From: Spirochaetota bacterium
GTDB taxonomy: Bacteria > Spirochaetota > UBA4802 > UBA5550
DNA: 64,000 nucleotides
Assembly: GCA_016928865.1 (NCBI GenBank)
Contig: JAFGJX010000070.1
Coordinates: forward strand, 12,139 to 76,138
Direction of reading: 5' to 3'
Below the pieces are notes generated by a model. It was not told the DNA's origin. It was given only the letters and a program-made list of their open reading frames with translations, and did not search any database. A program made the position numbers and the translations under genes. This document shows positions 1 through 9,116 of this stretch, piece by piece. How positions within the stretch are numbered: position 1 is the first letter of the stretch; the number at the start of each line of letters is the position of its first letter.

Positions 1-93
1 GGTGGTGGAAGGATCGTCCTGAGAAAATGCCATGCTGGTCAACGAAAGCCCCAGAATAAGGCAAAAAGAAATAATTGAAAATCTTCTAAGCAT
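1..93 (-). CDS. 5' fragment of a secreted protein (runs off window edge)
   Basis: Minus strand GGAGG-N6-ATG then open frame MLRRFSIISFCLILGLSLTSMAFSQDDPSTT, a signal-peptide-like N-terminus. Confidence 0.7.
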   Translation of the reverse strand, partial: MLRRFSIISFCLILGLSLTSMAFSQDDPSTT

Positions 94-159
94 ACAGTAC
101 CTCCATTAGTTTATGTATGAGTAGACGCTTTTTTATTACAATTACCGTTAATAGAATGG

Positions 160-177
160 TATTAATAATTATTAATA
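160..177. promoter_or_regulatory. 18-bp perfect AT palindrome, candidate operator in a divergent promoter
   Basis: TATTAATAATTATTAATA is self-complementary and lies between divergent genes. Confidence 0.35.
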
Positions 178-344
178 GTTTAATGTCAATAGATATTTGG
201 CATAAGACATAACAAATTTTTATTTTTATGGAAATTTACGGGTGTATATCGGGTCCGCATGTGACACCATGTTCGGCTTGACTTATCTCTGATGCCTGAT
301 AATCTGATGCCATATTAATCAAATAATTTAAAAGGAGATACCTT

Positions 345-845
345 ATGATCGCACGGACAATCGCAGTGATTACGGTTTTATTATTTTTTATTTCAGGCGT
401 GGCATACGCTCATCCCGGCAGACTCGATGCTGAAGGCGGGCATTTCGATCATCAGAAAAAAGAGTACCATTATCACAGGGACGGAAAGGTTGTCGCCGAC
501 AGATCTAAGTCATCCAGATATGATGAACTGGCCGACAAACACGAGCGATATGATGATGGAAATAAAGTAAAAAAAAGCACCAAGAAGATTAAAAAAGATA
601 GCAATGATGCAGAAAAAGAGAGTAAAATTACGAAGGACAAAAAAAAGAAAACAAAGAAAGACAAGGACGCCGTTGAAAAGAAGAAAAAGGATAAGAGCGG
701 TAAAAAAAAGGTAAAATCGAATACGAACAAAGATACTAAAGAAAAGAAAGTAGGGAAGAAAGATACCAAGAAAAAATCCATAAAAAAGACGGCCAGCAAG
801 AAAAAGTCGTCTAAAGAGAAAAAAGTGAAGTCACAAAAAAAATAA
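345..845 (+). CDS. YHYH-domain secreted protein with Lys-rich low-complexity tail
   Basis: AAGGAG RBS, signal peptide ending AYA, HPGRLDAEGGH...YHYH motif, K/D/S-rich C-terminus. Confidence 0.8.
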   Translation: MIARTIAVITVLLFFISGVAYAHPGRLDAEGGHFDHQKKEYHYHRDGKVVADRSKSSRYDELADKHERYDDGNKVKKSTKKIKKDSNDAEKESKITKDKKKKTKKDKDAVEKKKKDKSGKKKVKSNTNKDTKEKKVGKKDTKKKSIKKTASKKKSSKEKKVKSQKK

Positions 846-872
846 TCGGACGCGCTGAAATCGAAAATCGAT

Positions 873-905
873 AAAAATAGCGGAGCCGCCGGCCCCGCTA
901 TTTTT
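873..905. terminator. Bidirectional intrinsic terminator
   Basis: AAAAATAGCGG...CCGCTATTTTT hairpin between convergent genes. Confidence 0.8.
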
Positions 906-916
906 AGAATAATACG

Positions 917-2098
917 TCAATCGCACTTCTGAAGAATCGCGCCATACGGTATTTTTAATAGAATCGGCTGGTATATGGCCGGATGAATATATATGGCATA
1001 GATGGCATCTCCCGTATGGAAAATCTCCTTGCCAGAGTAATAGAACATGTTTGGCCGCGATGCAATCTGCGGCAGGGAAGCAGGCGTGTAAACAACGCGC
1101 GGCCTGGCATTTTTAAGCTGCCGGAAGTCCTTAAAACACACCATTTTGATTGTTCCGTCAAGACTGCAATAGATGACTACATAGCGTTTCAGAAATTCAT
1201 TGTAGGAAAGGGAAAGCTCGCCCATTACATCATCAATGAACGGGTGAGCATCATGCAGATTGCGCGACCAGGCGCCCCGCGCATCAAGAAATTCGTATGC
1301 GGCGCGGATTTTTATCGATGATGCAGGTACTTTGGCGATGTATGCCGGCACGCGTCCACCGGAGGCCGGGCCGTGGCCGATAAGGTAGAGCGAATCGCCA
1401 ATCCGTATAACAGAATCGCCAAAGACCGGGTCGCCGCCGCTGAAAAGCTTCACGGTCCTCCTGAAGCCTACCGGGTCGCCCGCCTTCCATGAGGGCGGCT
1501 TGCGCCATTCCGCGAGTCCGACCCCCATGACGCGTATGGGCATAAGGTTCCCCTCGCTTCCGGTGATATTTTTGTTGATGTAGACAATGATATAATATAC
1601 GTATACCGTGGAGTCGAGCTGAATGCCGTCAATGGCCCAGAAACGCCAGACCTGAGGATCTTCTCCGGGAAAAGGCTTGATGAATTGGGCAACCCTTTCT
1701 TTTTCTTTATAGAAAGTGAACTCGAGCGATGCCACGGTCTGATCGTCCGGGACGGGCGAGAAGGCGAGGGAATTGCTGATCATGCCCTTCATAACGGCGG
1801 TATCTTCAAATGTCGAGTTGACAGAAAGGTCTCCCTTCCATGAGCCGAGGATCGTGTCGCCGAAGGTCCACATCATGGTGTCGCCGAGGGATATCGGGGT
1901 GCAGCCATCCTGTCCCAGGACACTCATCTTTCTGCTTTCGCCGAATATTCCCATATTGCGGATCTTTTCCGGCCGATCGCAGGAGAGGAATATACTAATC
2001 AGGATTAATAGAATAAGGGATTGCGCTGCAAGATATGTTGAAGGGTTTCGTTCTTTCATGACCAATGTCAACGCCATAACGCAGTAGTTATTATTCAT
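917..2098 (-). CDS. DUF4185-like beta-propeller lipoprotein
   Basis: Lipobox-like FLSC; GQDG...WTFGDT...SNSLA and ELSLSYNEFLKRY motifs typical of DUF4185; true start may be downstream. Confidence 0.65.
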   Translation of the reverse strand: MNNNYCVMALTLVMKERNPSTYLAAQSLILLILISIFLSCDRPEKIRNMGIFGESRKMSVLGQDGCTPISLGDTMMWTFGDTILGSWKGDLSVNSTFEDTAVMKGMISNSLAFSPVPDDQTVASLEFTFYKEKERVAQFIKPFPGEDPQVWRFWAIDGIQLDSTVYVYYIIVYINKNITGSEGNLMPIRVMGVGLAEWRKPPSWKAGDPVGFRRTVKLFSGGDPVFGDSVIRIGDSLYLIGHGPASGGRVPAYIAKVPASSIKIRAAYEFLDARGAWSRNLHDAHPFIDDVMGELSLSYNEFLKRYVVIYCSLDGTIKMVCFKDFRQLKNARPRVVYTPASLPQIASRPNMFYYSGKEIFHTGDAIYAIYIHPAIYQPILLKIPYGAILQKCD

Positions 2099-2215
2099 GA
2101 TCTTGCAGAACGGTCAAGAATATTATGAGTGCAGTATAAATCAATCTTGACAAAAACCGCGGATGACATGTATCCCGAAAAGCCAGTGGTATTGACTCTG
2201 CGAGATGGATGAGAC

Positions 2216-3442
2216 GTGCACGATATGAAAAAAAAGGTCGTCGTAACCGGAATTAATATTATATCCTCCCTCGGATTGAATATGGAGGAGAACTGGATCA
2301 ATCTTAAGGCCGGGAAAAGCGGTGTCAGGACAATTGACCTGTTCGATCCTTCGGATTGCGAAACACGCATAGCAGCTCAGGTCCCTTCCGGATTCGATGC
2401 GTACGCGTCACGTTTAATTAAGAAGCGCCTGTCAGGCCAGATGACCAGGGTTACACGCATGGCATACGTATGCGCTGTTGAGGCGATTGATAGATCGCGT
2501 TGTCTGGATTTTTCACGGAATGATCGCAGCCGGTGCGCTGTCATCATAGGGGCAGTGTCAGCGGGAAATTCAAGTGTTGAAACCGGAACGACAGAAAAAA
2601 ATCGTATAATTAAAAACATGAGCAATGCAATTCCGGCATGGATATCGCTCCGCTACGGATTGGAAGGACCCAATTTCACGGTAAATACGGCGTGCGCCTC
2701 ATCATCATACGCCGTAACGATTGGATACGAGATGATCCGGAACGGCACCGCTGATCTCGTGATCACCGGCGGCGTCGATTCGACGATAAATCCCGAAGAG
2801 ATCAAAGGCTTCAACGAGCTCTATGCACTGAGTGTTAGAAATCATGAGCCGGAACGGGCGAGCAGGCCGTTTACCCGTGACCGTGACGGCTTTGTTATCG
2901 GCGAAGGAGCGGGAATTATTATTCTTGAATCCGAGAAGACAGCGCGGGCGAGGGGAGCCGCCATCCTTGCTGAAGTCGCCGGTTATGCCATCACCAGCGA
3001 GGCGTATAATATCATGGCGCCCAAAAAGGATGGAGAGGGGATGGCGGTCACCATGAGGCAGGCGCTCGAAAAATCGGGAATTGCCCCGGAGCGCGTGGAT
3101 TACATCAATGCTCACGGGACCGGGACCCCGCTGAATGACCTGTATGAGACCATGGCCATCAAGAGTGTTTTTGGCGCCGGCGCACCCTCCATACCGGTTT
3201 CTTCGTCGAAATCGATGATCGGGCACACCATCGCGGCGGCAGGCGCCATTGAAGCCGCTATCACCGTCATGAGCATCAGGGAACAGGTTATCACCCCGAC
3301 GGTGAACCAGGATCTCCCTGACCCGTGCCTTGACCTGGATTTCGTGCCTAATTATTCGAGACCCCACAAAATAAATGTTGCAATATCGAATTCTTTTGCT
3401 TTTGGTGGACACAATGCATGCATCGTATTTAAAAAATATTGA
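2216..3442 (+). CDS. fabF: Beta-ketoacyl-ACP synthase II (FabF-like)
   Basis: VVVTG, TACASS (Cys), INAHGTGT, KSMIGH, SNSFAFGGHN; start GTG 2216 or ATG 2225. Confidence 0.92.
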   Translation: MHDMKKKVVVTGINIISSLGLNMEENWINLKAGKSGVRTIDLFDPSDCETRIAAQVPSGFDAYASRLIKKRLSGQMTRVTRMAYVCAVEAIDRSRCLDFSRNDRSRCAVIIGAVSAGNSSVETGTTEKNRIIKNMSNAIPAWISLRYGLEGPNFTVNTACASSSYAVTIGYEMIRNGTADLVITGGVDSTINPEEIKGFNELYALSVRNHEPERASRPFTRDRDGFVIGEGAGIIILESEKTARARGAAILAEVAGYAITSEAYNIMAPKKDGEGMAVTMRQALEKSGIAPERVDYINAHGTGTPLNDLYETMAIKSVFGAGAPSIPVSSSKSMIGHTIAAAGAIEAAITVMSIREQVITPTVNQDLPDPCLDLDFVPNYSRPHKINVAISNSFAFGGHNACIVFKKY

Positions 3443-3506
3443 CAGGGCCGCGGTGTCCGGTATGAACGTTTCCGGACGATTACCGTACTAATGCAGGGAG
3501 CGTGTT

Positions 3507-3812
3507 ATGGCGAAAATTGAGAGCGGCACCAGAGAAGAGGTGCGCAGGCTGGTTTACGAATTTTTTTCAGAGGAGTGCGAGGTGCCCGTCGATCAGCTGA
3601 ATGACGGGACCAATGTGATCAGGGACCTGGAAGGGGACTCGCTCATGTTTCTCGAGCTCCTCGAAGTTTTCAAGAAAAAATACGGACTGAATGTAGAGCT
3701 TAAGACCGTGGGAAAATATGTCGTGAAGCACCCGGCGGAAACAATTGGCGCTATCATCGCCATGACAATGCTTATTATCGAGCACGAGAACAGGATAGCG
3801 GAGCTCGACTGA
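3507..3812 (+). CDS. Acyl carrier protein (atypical)
   Basis: DLEGDSLMFLE phosphopantetheine Ser motif, acidic, GGGAG RBS. Confidence 0.85.
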   Translation: MAKIESGTREEVRRLVYEFFSEECEVPVDQLNDGTNVIRDLEGDSLMFLELLEVFKKKYGLNVELKTVGKYVVKHPAETIGAIIAMTMLIIEHENRIAELD

Positions 3813-3831
3813 CCGGGACCGGGGGCTTATT

Positions 3832-4791
3832 TTGGAAAGAAAAAAAACAGCGGCGATTTTTCCTGCTTTCGGATGCAGATACCTTGGCTCAGAAAAAGAG
3901 ATTCTGAATTCGATGTCGGGCGACCTTCGAGAATTGCTGTCGCGCGCCGAGGCGGCCGTTGACTTCGACAGGGTTGAGTTCGAGCGGCGGGATAGTGGAG
4001 ATTTTGAGGACGAGTTGCAGTCCCAGTACGCGGCCTACATAATAAGCTGCGCACTGTCAAATATCCTGAAACGAAGCGGTATACGCATCGATTACGCGGC
4101 CGGCTACAGCATGGGACTGTATGCGGCGCTGTTTCATGCCGAATCCGTTGCGTTCGAGCAGGGACTCGACCTGATAACTGTCGCATATGAAATGATACGC
4201 AGTGCGGCAACCGGCATCGATTTCGGCACCGGAGTAATCTCCGGACTCGACAATGGCGACATCCGTTCGATAGTGTCCCGGCGAAAAGACCTGGAGATAA
4301 TTAATGTCAACAATCGGCACAGCTTCCTCATCGCCGGTTTTTCTTCATCTGTGACCCGGGCGCTGAAGACCGCGAAAAAAATGGGCGCGCTCAATACAAA
4401 ATTCCTGGACCTCAAACTGCCGTATCACTCCACTGCAATGCGGGATGTTTCGCGGGAGTTTTACGGCTATTGTTCCGGCATGCGTATATATGATCCGTCA
4501 TGCTGCATTATTTCCACCGTGGATGCCCGTGAGATAACCTCATGGGAGGATGTCCTCGGCGATCTTGCCGACAATATCTATCGCAATATCAACTGGCTCG
4601 CGGCGATGGAGCGTATGGTTTCAGCCGGGGTGGATGCCTTTGTCGAATGCGGGCCCGGGAAAAGCCTCTACCGAATTTCTCAGTTCATCGAAGGCGGCTT
4701 TTCCGTGTACCATCTCGCCATGCTTCAGGATCTCCTCGCTTCGGACCGGGTCTGCAGCCACGAGGACGCCCTGGACCTGCGGCGCGCATGA
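3832..4791 (+). CDS. FabD-like ACP acyltransferase (non-canonical)
   Basis: IFPAFG, GYSMG nucleophile, PYHS, FVECGPG; TTG start. Confidence 0.85.
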   Translation: MERKKTAAIFPAFGCRYLGSEKEILNSMSGDLRELLSRAEAAVDFDRVEFERRDSGDFEDELQSQYAAYIISCALSNILKRSGIRIDYAAGYSMGLYAALFHAESVAFEQGLDLITVAYEMIRSAATGIDFGTGVISGLDNGDIRSIVSRRKDLEIINVNNRHSFLIAGFSSSVTRALKTAKKMGALNTKFLDLKLPYHSTAMRDVSREFYGYCSGMRIYDPSCCIISTVDAREITSWEDVLGDLADNIYRNINWLAAMERMVSAGVDAFVECGPGKSLYRISQFIEGGFSVYHLAMLQDLLASDRVCSHEDALDLRRA

Positions 4792-6128
4792 AAATCCTTC
4801 TTGTTAACCCGCCCCGGTCACCCCACAATGGAATACTCGATTTCGCGCCGGAAGAGGCGAGGCCTTTTATTCATAAAAAGCTGATCGGACCGCCCCTCGG
4901 GCTTCTTACCATTGCCTCCGCGGCGCGCGATCACGATGTCCTTCTTCTTGACATGAAGGGCGAGTATGACCTTGATCCAGACGCGGCAGATCCGGAAACT
5001 CTTGTCGGAACATATCTGAAATCGTTTAACCCGGACATGGTGGGAGTGACCTTCATAGCTTCCGAGTTCAGCCAGGGTATCGAGATCTTCAGGTGGGCAA
5101 AGCGTCATGATCCACGCATCCTGACCGTCGCGGGCGGCCTGCATGCCACGGCATGTCCGGCTGATTTTAATGACGGTTCAGTTGATCTCGTGATACCCGG
5201 CCAGTGCGCCGATATATTCATGAATGCCGTCAGGGCGCATGAAGAGGGAAAAAATCCCGGGTCAGCGCCGGGTGTTTATGCAAAATCCGAGGGCGGCCTG
5301 GTTTTTTCCGGCAGGGCGGATCGCAGATGGGAGGCGGCCGGCAAGGACTTCATCATGCCGGACCGGTCGCATCTCAGGCGATGGATATCGGCTTATCGCG
5401 CCGGAGGATCGCCTGATCCGAGCACCTATATTTTCACCTCGCTCGGGTGCCCGTACCGCTGCACATTCTGCTCCATCTGGCCGCTCTTCGATGGACGCTA
5501 CCACCAGCGGGACATCGAGAGCGTGATCGAAGAGCTGAAATCAATGGATGAATACCCGGTGGTTCGGTTTGCGGACGCGAACACGATAGTGAACGAGGAC
5601 TTTATCAATGCGCTCTTCGACCGGATTGCGGAGGAGGGAATCAGGAAATTCTTCATCATGGATATCCGGTTCGACACAGCGGTCAAGTATCCGGGACTTA
5701 TCGAAAAGCTGGCCAGAAACGGGCTCAGGGTCGTGATCTGCGGCTTTGAGTCCTACCGCGAGGAGGAACTGCGCAGGTACCGGAAGGAAGCGCCGGCAAG
5801 GCTCATCGAAGAGGCCATATCGATCTTTCACGCGAACGGCATCATGGTGCGGGGAAACTACGTGATCCCCGCCGATTACACCCGGGACGACTTCAGCGCC
5901 ATGGCTGACTATGCGGGGTCACACCGGGTGGTGTATGCCGGGTATACGATCCTGACGCCCATGCCGGGAACGAGTTTTTACGAAAGCGTCCGGGAGCGGA
6001 TCGTCGACCATGACCTTTCCCGATACAATTTCTTCAACTGCGTGTTCCGTACGGTCCTTCCACTTGAGAAGTTCTATGAGAGCGTGGGCAGGCTCTGGCT
6101 TATCAAGGAAGGGACGGACGTTATCTGA
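4788..6128 (+). CDS. B12-binding radical SAM protein
   Basis: ATGA overlap with the acyltransferase; MKILLVNPP, PPLGL, GGLHAT, CPYRCTFC. Confidence 0.9.
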   Translation: MKILLVNPPRSPHNGILDFAPEEARPFIHKKLIGPPLGLLTIASAARDHDVLLLDMKGEYDLDPDAADPETLVGTYLKSFNPDMVGVTFIASEFSQGIEIFRWAKRHDPRILTVAGGLHATACPADFNDGSVDLVIPGQCADIFMNAVRAHEEGKNPGSAPGVYAKSEGGLVFSGRADRRWEAAGKDFIMPDRSHLRRWISAYRAGGSPDPSTYIFTSLGCPYRCTFCSIWPLFDGRYHQRDIESVIEELKSMDEYPVVRFADANTIVNEDFINALFDRIAEEGIRKFFIMDIRFDTAVKYPGLIEKLARNGLRVVICGFESYREEELRRYRKEAPARLIEEAISIFHANGIMVRGNYVIPADYTRDDFSAMADYAGSHRVVYAGYTILTPMPGTSFYESVRERIVDHDLSRYNFFNCVFRTVLPLEKFYESVGRLWLIKEGTDVI

Positions 6129-6137
6129 GGCATCCGG

Positions 6138-7265
6138 TCAAGCGTGATAGCGCATGGCGTACCCGGCCTGCATGAATTTGCTCACCTCCGTGACGAAGCT
6201 CAGGATGAGGTCTTTGTCGTTCAGTGTTTCTTCCCTGAGAATCGTATCAAGGCAGATAAGGGCCATGGGAGGGCCGGGATAGCCGGTAGAAGACATTTTC
6301 GTATAGACCGTTTCAGCCGGGATCCCGAGAGCCAGGCACTCCTCTAGAACCAGATCGGCAATGTGTTTCGACGGGAGGTTAACCTGGAAAAACCTGAGTC
6401 CGGACAGATCGATTGCCTCCGTGTCGATCATTCGTTTCAGTCCCTTGAAGAAAACCGTTCCGTCAGGATCATGAAAGTGCGTCCTGAGCTGCTCCTGGAA
6501 CATCTGCGCCAGATGGTGATAGCCCTTCTCAAACTCATCGCGGGGGTTCATCCAGTAAGCGGGACGACGGTTGTACATGGGCGACGGCTTTTTTCCCCCG
6601 ACGGATTCCATGTAGGCATGCTCGAGGAAAAGACCGGCTTCAGGCGCGTCTCGTCCCTCAAGCAGGAGCGCGCCGGCGCCGTCGCAGAGGAACCAACGGA
6701 GGAACACGTCCTCCTTTTTTATAAGGGGCTGGTTGTAATACTCGGCGCGGAGCTCCGAAGAGGAGACGCTCGAAGAGAGTACGAGGGCGTTCCGGTATCT
6801 TCCATTACGTATGAGATCGCCGGCCAGAAGGAGGGCCTTGTACGCCGAGGTGCAGTTCGCGTGTATGGAAAGCTCGGCGCACCGTTCGATGCCAAGCGCC
6901 TCCTGAATTCGTACGGTAGGTGTCGGCATCTGGTCCATGTGTGCGCTACCGTACACGATAAGCTCGATATCGCCTGCGTCCATCCCCGCAGATTCAAGAG
7001 CCAGCCGCGCCGCGTGTACAGCCATGGTGACGTTGTCATCGATGAACTCCCGGGTAAGCGGATCTATCGCATAGTGGTAATGGGTGATATCGAGCATCTC
7101 CTTCATGAGCGGCTTGATGCGGCGCATCCATTTCATGACCGGAGCGGGCGCGTCAGTTATTTCGCCCAGGTAGCGGTCTATATCGTCAAAGGATACAGGC
7201 GCGCCCGGCAGGTACGTGCCGGAGCCGGTTACCCGTATATGGCGTTTATCCTTCATCTGTCTCAT
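6138..7265 (-). CDS. FabH/DarB(StlD)-like thiolase-fold enzyme, catalytic His/Asn replaced
   Basis: GSGTYLPG, HYAID, ANCTS (Cys), LRWFLCDGAGA (DarB-like). Confidence 0.8.
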   Translation of the reverse strand: MRQMKDKRHIRVTGSGTYLPGAPVSFDDIDRYLGEITDAPAPVMKWMRRIKPLMKEMLDITHYHYAIDPLTREFIDDNVTMAVHAARLALESAGMDAGDIELIVYGSAHMDQMPTPTVRIQEALGIERCAELSIHANCTSAYKALLLAGDLIRNGRYRNALVLSSSVSSSELRAEYYNQPLIKKEDVFLRWFLCDGAGALLLEGRDAPEAGLFLEHAYMESVGGKKPSPMYNRRPAYWMNPRDEFEKGYHHLAQMFQEQLRTHFHDPDGTVFFKGLKRMIDTEAIDLSGLRFFQVNLPSKHIADLVLEECLALGIPAETVYTKMSSTGYPGPPMALICLDTILREETLNDKDLILSFVTEVSKFMQAGYAMRYHA

Positions 7266-7895
7266 GCCTCCCGGAAGACTGTATGCCGGCAGAACCGGCG
7301 GTGATGCGTTCTATCATCTCAACTGCCCCGGCTATGACGTGTTTTCTGGGCGTCACAACATCAACGAGGTTCCATGCGAGCGCCTCTTCAGCGGTGAAGG
7401 TGGCACCAGAAAGCACTAGCTCCAGCGTGCGCGCCCTGCCGGCGAGCGAAAGCATCCTGGTTATGCCGCCGCAGCCAGGCATCAGCCCGAAGGTCGACTC
7501 AGGCAGTCCGAGCACCGATCCCGCGCCGCACACGCGCGCGTGGCAGGCAAGGGCAAGCTCGAAAGCGGATCCGAGGCAGACCCCCTGAATCGCGGCTACC
7601 ACGGGTACGCCGCAGTTTTCGAAAAAACCGAATGCCGAAAGATTGTTGCGCAGAAGGGCCGGAGCCCGGGCACCGCGATCGGAAACAGCGTTCCTGAGAT
7701 CATCGAGGTCCGCGCCCGAGGAGAAATGCCTGCCCGCGCCGCGGATAACGATGCCTCTCACGCCGGAAGCGGATATCACTCCGTCAGTGAGGCGCTTCAG
7801 TTCAGAAAAAAAAAGCGGTCCATGCTGTTGGCAGGCGGGTCGTTAAGGACAAGGTGCCCTATTGAACCGCGCACAATGTAGCTCGGGTTATTCAT
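7246..7895 (-). CDS. Enoyl-CoA hydratase/isomerase, frameshifted at a 9-T tract (7806-7814)
   Basis: N-terminal MNNPSYIVRGSIGHLVLNDPPANSMDRFFF in one frame; SELKRL...FSSGADL...GSAFELALAC...GLPE in the -1 frame. Confidence 0.8.
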
Positions 7896-8622
7896 CCGCT
7901 GCTGCCGCCAGTCTGCAAAACATTATCGTCTCCTCTTCAATGGCTTCGTGCGGTGACATGACGCGCGCGTTGTTGATGGCCCGGACTATCGAATTAATGG
8001 CGGTAAGCGGCCTGTCAGCAACCATTTTTTTTATAAGTGATACGGAAAAATCGACGGCCGCGCGGGCCGGAACAAGATGGTCCACAAGCTTCAGCTCCAG
8101 CGCGCGTGAGGCGTCGATGATATCGCCGGAGAGGAGGATCTGCAGCGCCGTGCTCCGGCCCAACGCGGCCGCAATGCGTGACGCTCCGCCAAGGCCGGGT
8201 ACGAGCCCGTGGTTTATTTCCGGGAACGCGAATATGGCGTTTTCGCAGCAGACCCGGATATGACAGGCGAGGGCAATCTCGAGGCCGGCTCCGAAGCAGG
8301 CGCCGCGTATGGCGGCTATAACGGGAAGCTCGATCGCATCAAGATGTCCAAGAATGCGCAATCCCTTTTCCATCTCTGACAGGAGAGACGACTCACTGGC
8401 AGCCAGATCCCTGATGCGGGAGAGATCGCCGCCTGCTGAAAAATGGCGCCCCGCGCCGGTGATGATTATTCCGCGGAGGGACGATTCTGACGTCCATTCG
8501 CGGAGACGGTCGATTTCGACGAAAGCGGGATCGGTTATGTAATTCTGGGGCGGATTGTCGAGGGTCAGGATCCCGATGCCGTCATCGACCTCCCATGTCG
8601 TCATAATTGATCGCTCCATCAT
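7888..8622 (-). CDS. Enoyl-CoA hydratase/isomerase
   Basis: LDNPPQN, FSAGGDL, GAGLEIALAC, FPEINHG (both Glu present). Confidence 0.9.
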   Translation of the reverse strand: MMERSIMTTWEVDDGIGILTLDNPPQNYITDPAFVEIDRLREWTSESSLRGIIITGAGRHFSAGGDLSRIRDLAASESSLLSEMEKGLRILGHLDAIELPVIAAIRGACFGAGLEIALACHIRVCCENAIFAFPEINHGLVPGLGGASRIAAALGRSTALQILLSGDIIDASRALELKLVDHLVPARAAVDFSVSLIKKMVADRPLTAINSIVRAINNARVMSPHEAIEEETIMFCRLAAAADE

Positions 8623-9023
8623 GCCCCCGGGAAGAAGGCTGGGATGTCGTGGGGAATACGGTCCCGGTCTACGAGGAGCGTTTTAATGCTACCGCGCGCT
8701 ATCAGCTCCCCCGTACGAGCGGTTCTGATGGCATGGCTGAATACCAGGTAGGGCGGATCGCGCGATATATCAGTGCCGCAGACGAGTTCGTCAAAGACTT
8801 TTGCCTCGCGCGAATAACGGATGGACGCTTCGGCAACAACCAGGATAAGCCCATTCTGGGAGAAATAGCCGAAGAGGTCCGCTGACCTGAGGATCTCCCA
8901 TCGGGCCTGCTCAAGGTAGTTGAGATATACCGCGTTGTTTACGTGACCGAAGGAATCGATCTCGTATCCACGCACCATGAACCTGAATTCGTATTGCATG
9001 GGAAGCTTGTCCATGACATACAC
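8619..9023 (-). CDS. Acyl-CoA/ACP thioesterase (4HBT/YbgC hotdog family)
   Basis: EIDSFGHVNNAVYLNYLEQAR motif. Confidence 0.9.
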   Translation of the reverse strand: MYVMDKLPMQYEFRFMVRGYEIDSFGHVNNAVYLNYLEQARWEILRSADLFGYFSQNGLILVVAEASIRYSREAKVFDELVCGTDISRDPPYLVFSHAIRTARTGELIARGSIKTLLVDRDRIPHDIPAFFPGA

Positions 9024-9116
9024 TTTTTCATAAGGATTCAGATCCTGTCAATCAGGATGTGAATCTTTTTTTTATTGCAATATTTTAAAGGCAAAAATGA
9101 TACTGATATCTAAATC

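Noticed and set aside
473-799. Phe/Leu-rich membrane ORF on the minus strand
   Set aside because: Antisense shadow of AAA/AAG Lys codons in the YHYH gene
4542-4787. N-terminal extension of the first rSAM ORF
   Set aside because: Overlaps the acyltransferase; the real start is the ATGA-coupled MKILLVNPP at 4788
6363-7304. 313-aa plus-strand ORF (and similar long antisense ORFs such as 45666-46583 and 56085-57029)
   Set aside because: They lie opposite well-supported genes and show no recognisable motifs
2216-8622. Polyketide beta-branching cassette (ACP, KS0, HCS, ECH1, ECH2)
   Set aside because: The KS keeps its catalytic Cys, the 6138-7265 protein lacks HMG-CoA synthase motifs, and both crotonases keep two Glu like ordinary hydratases
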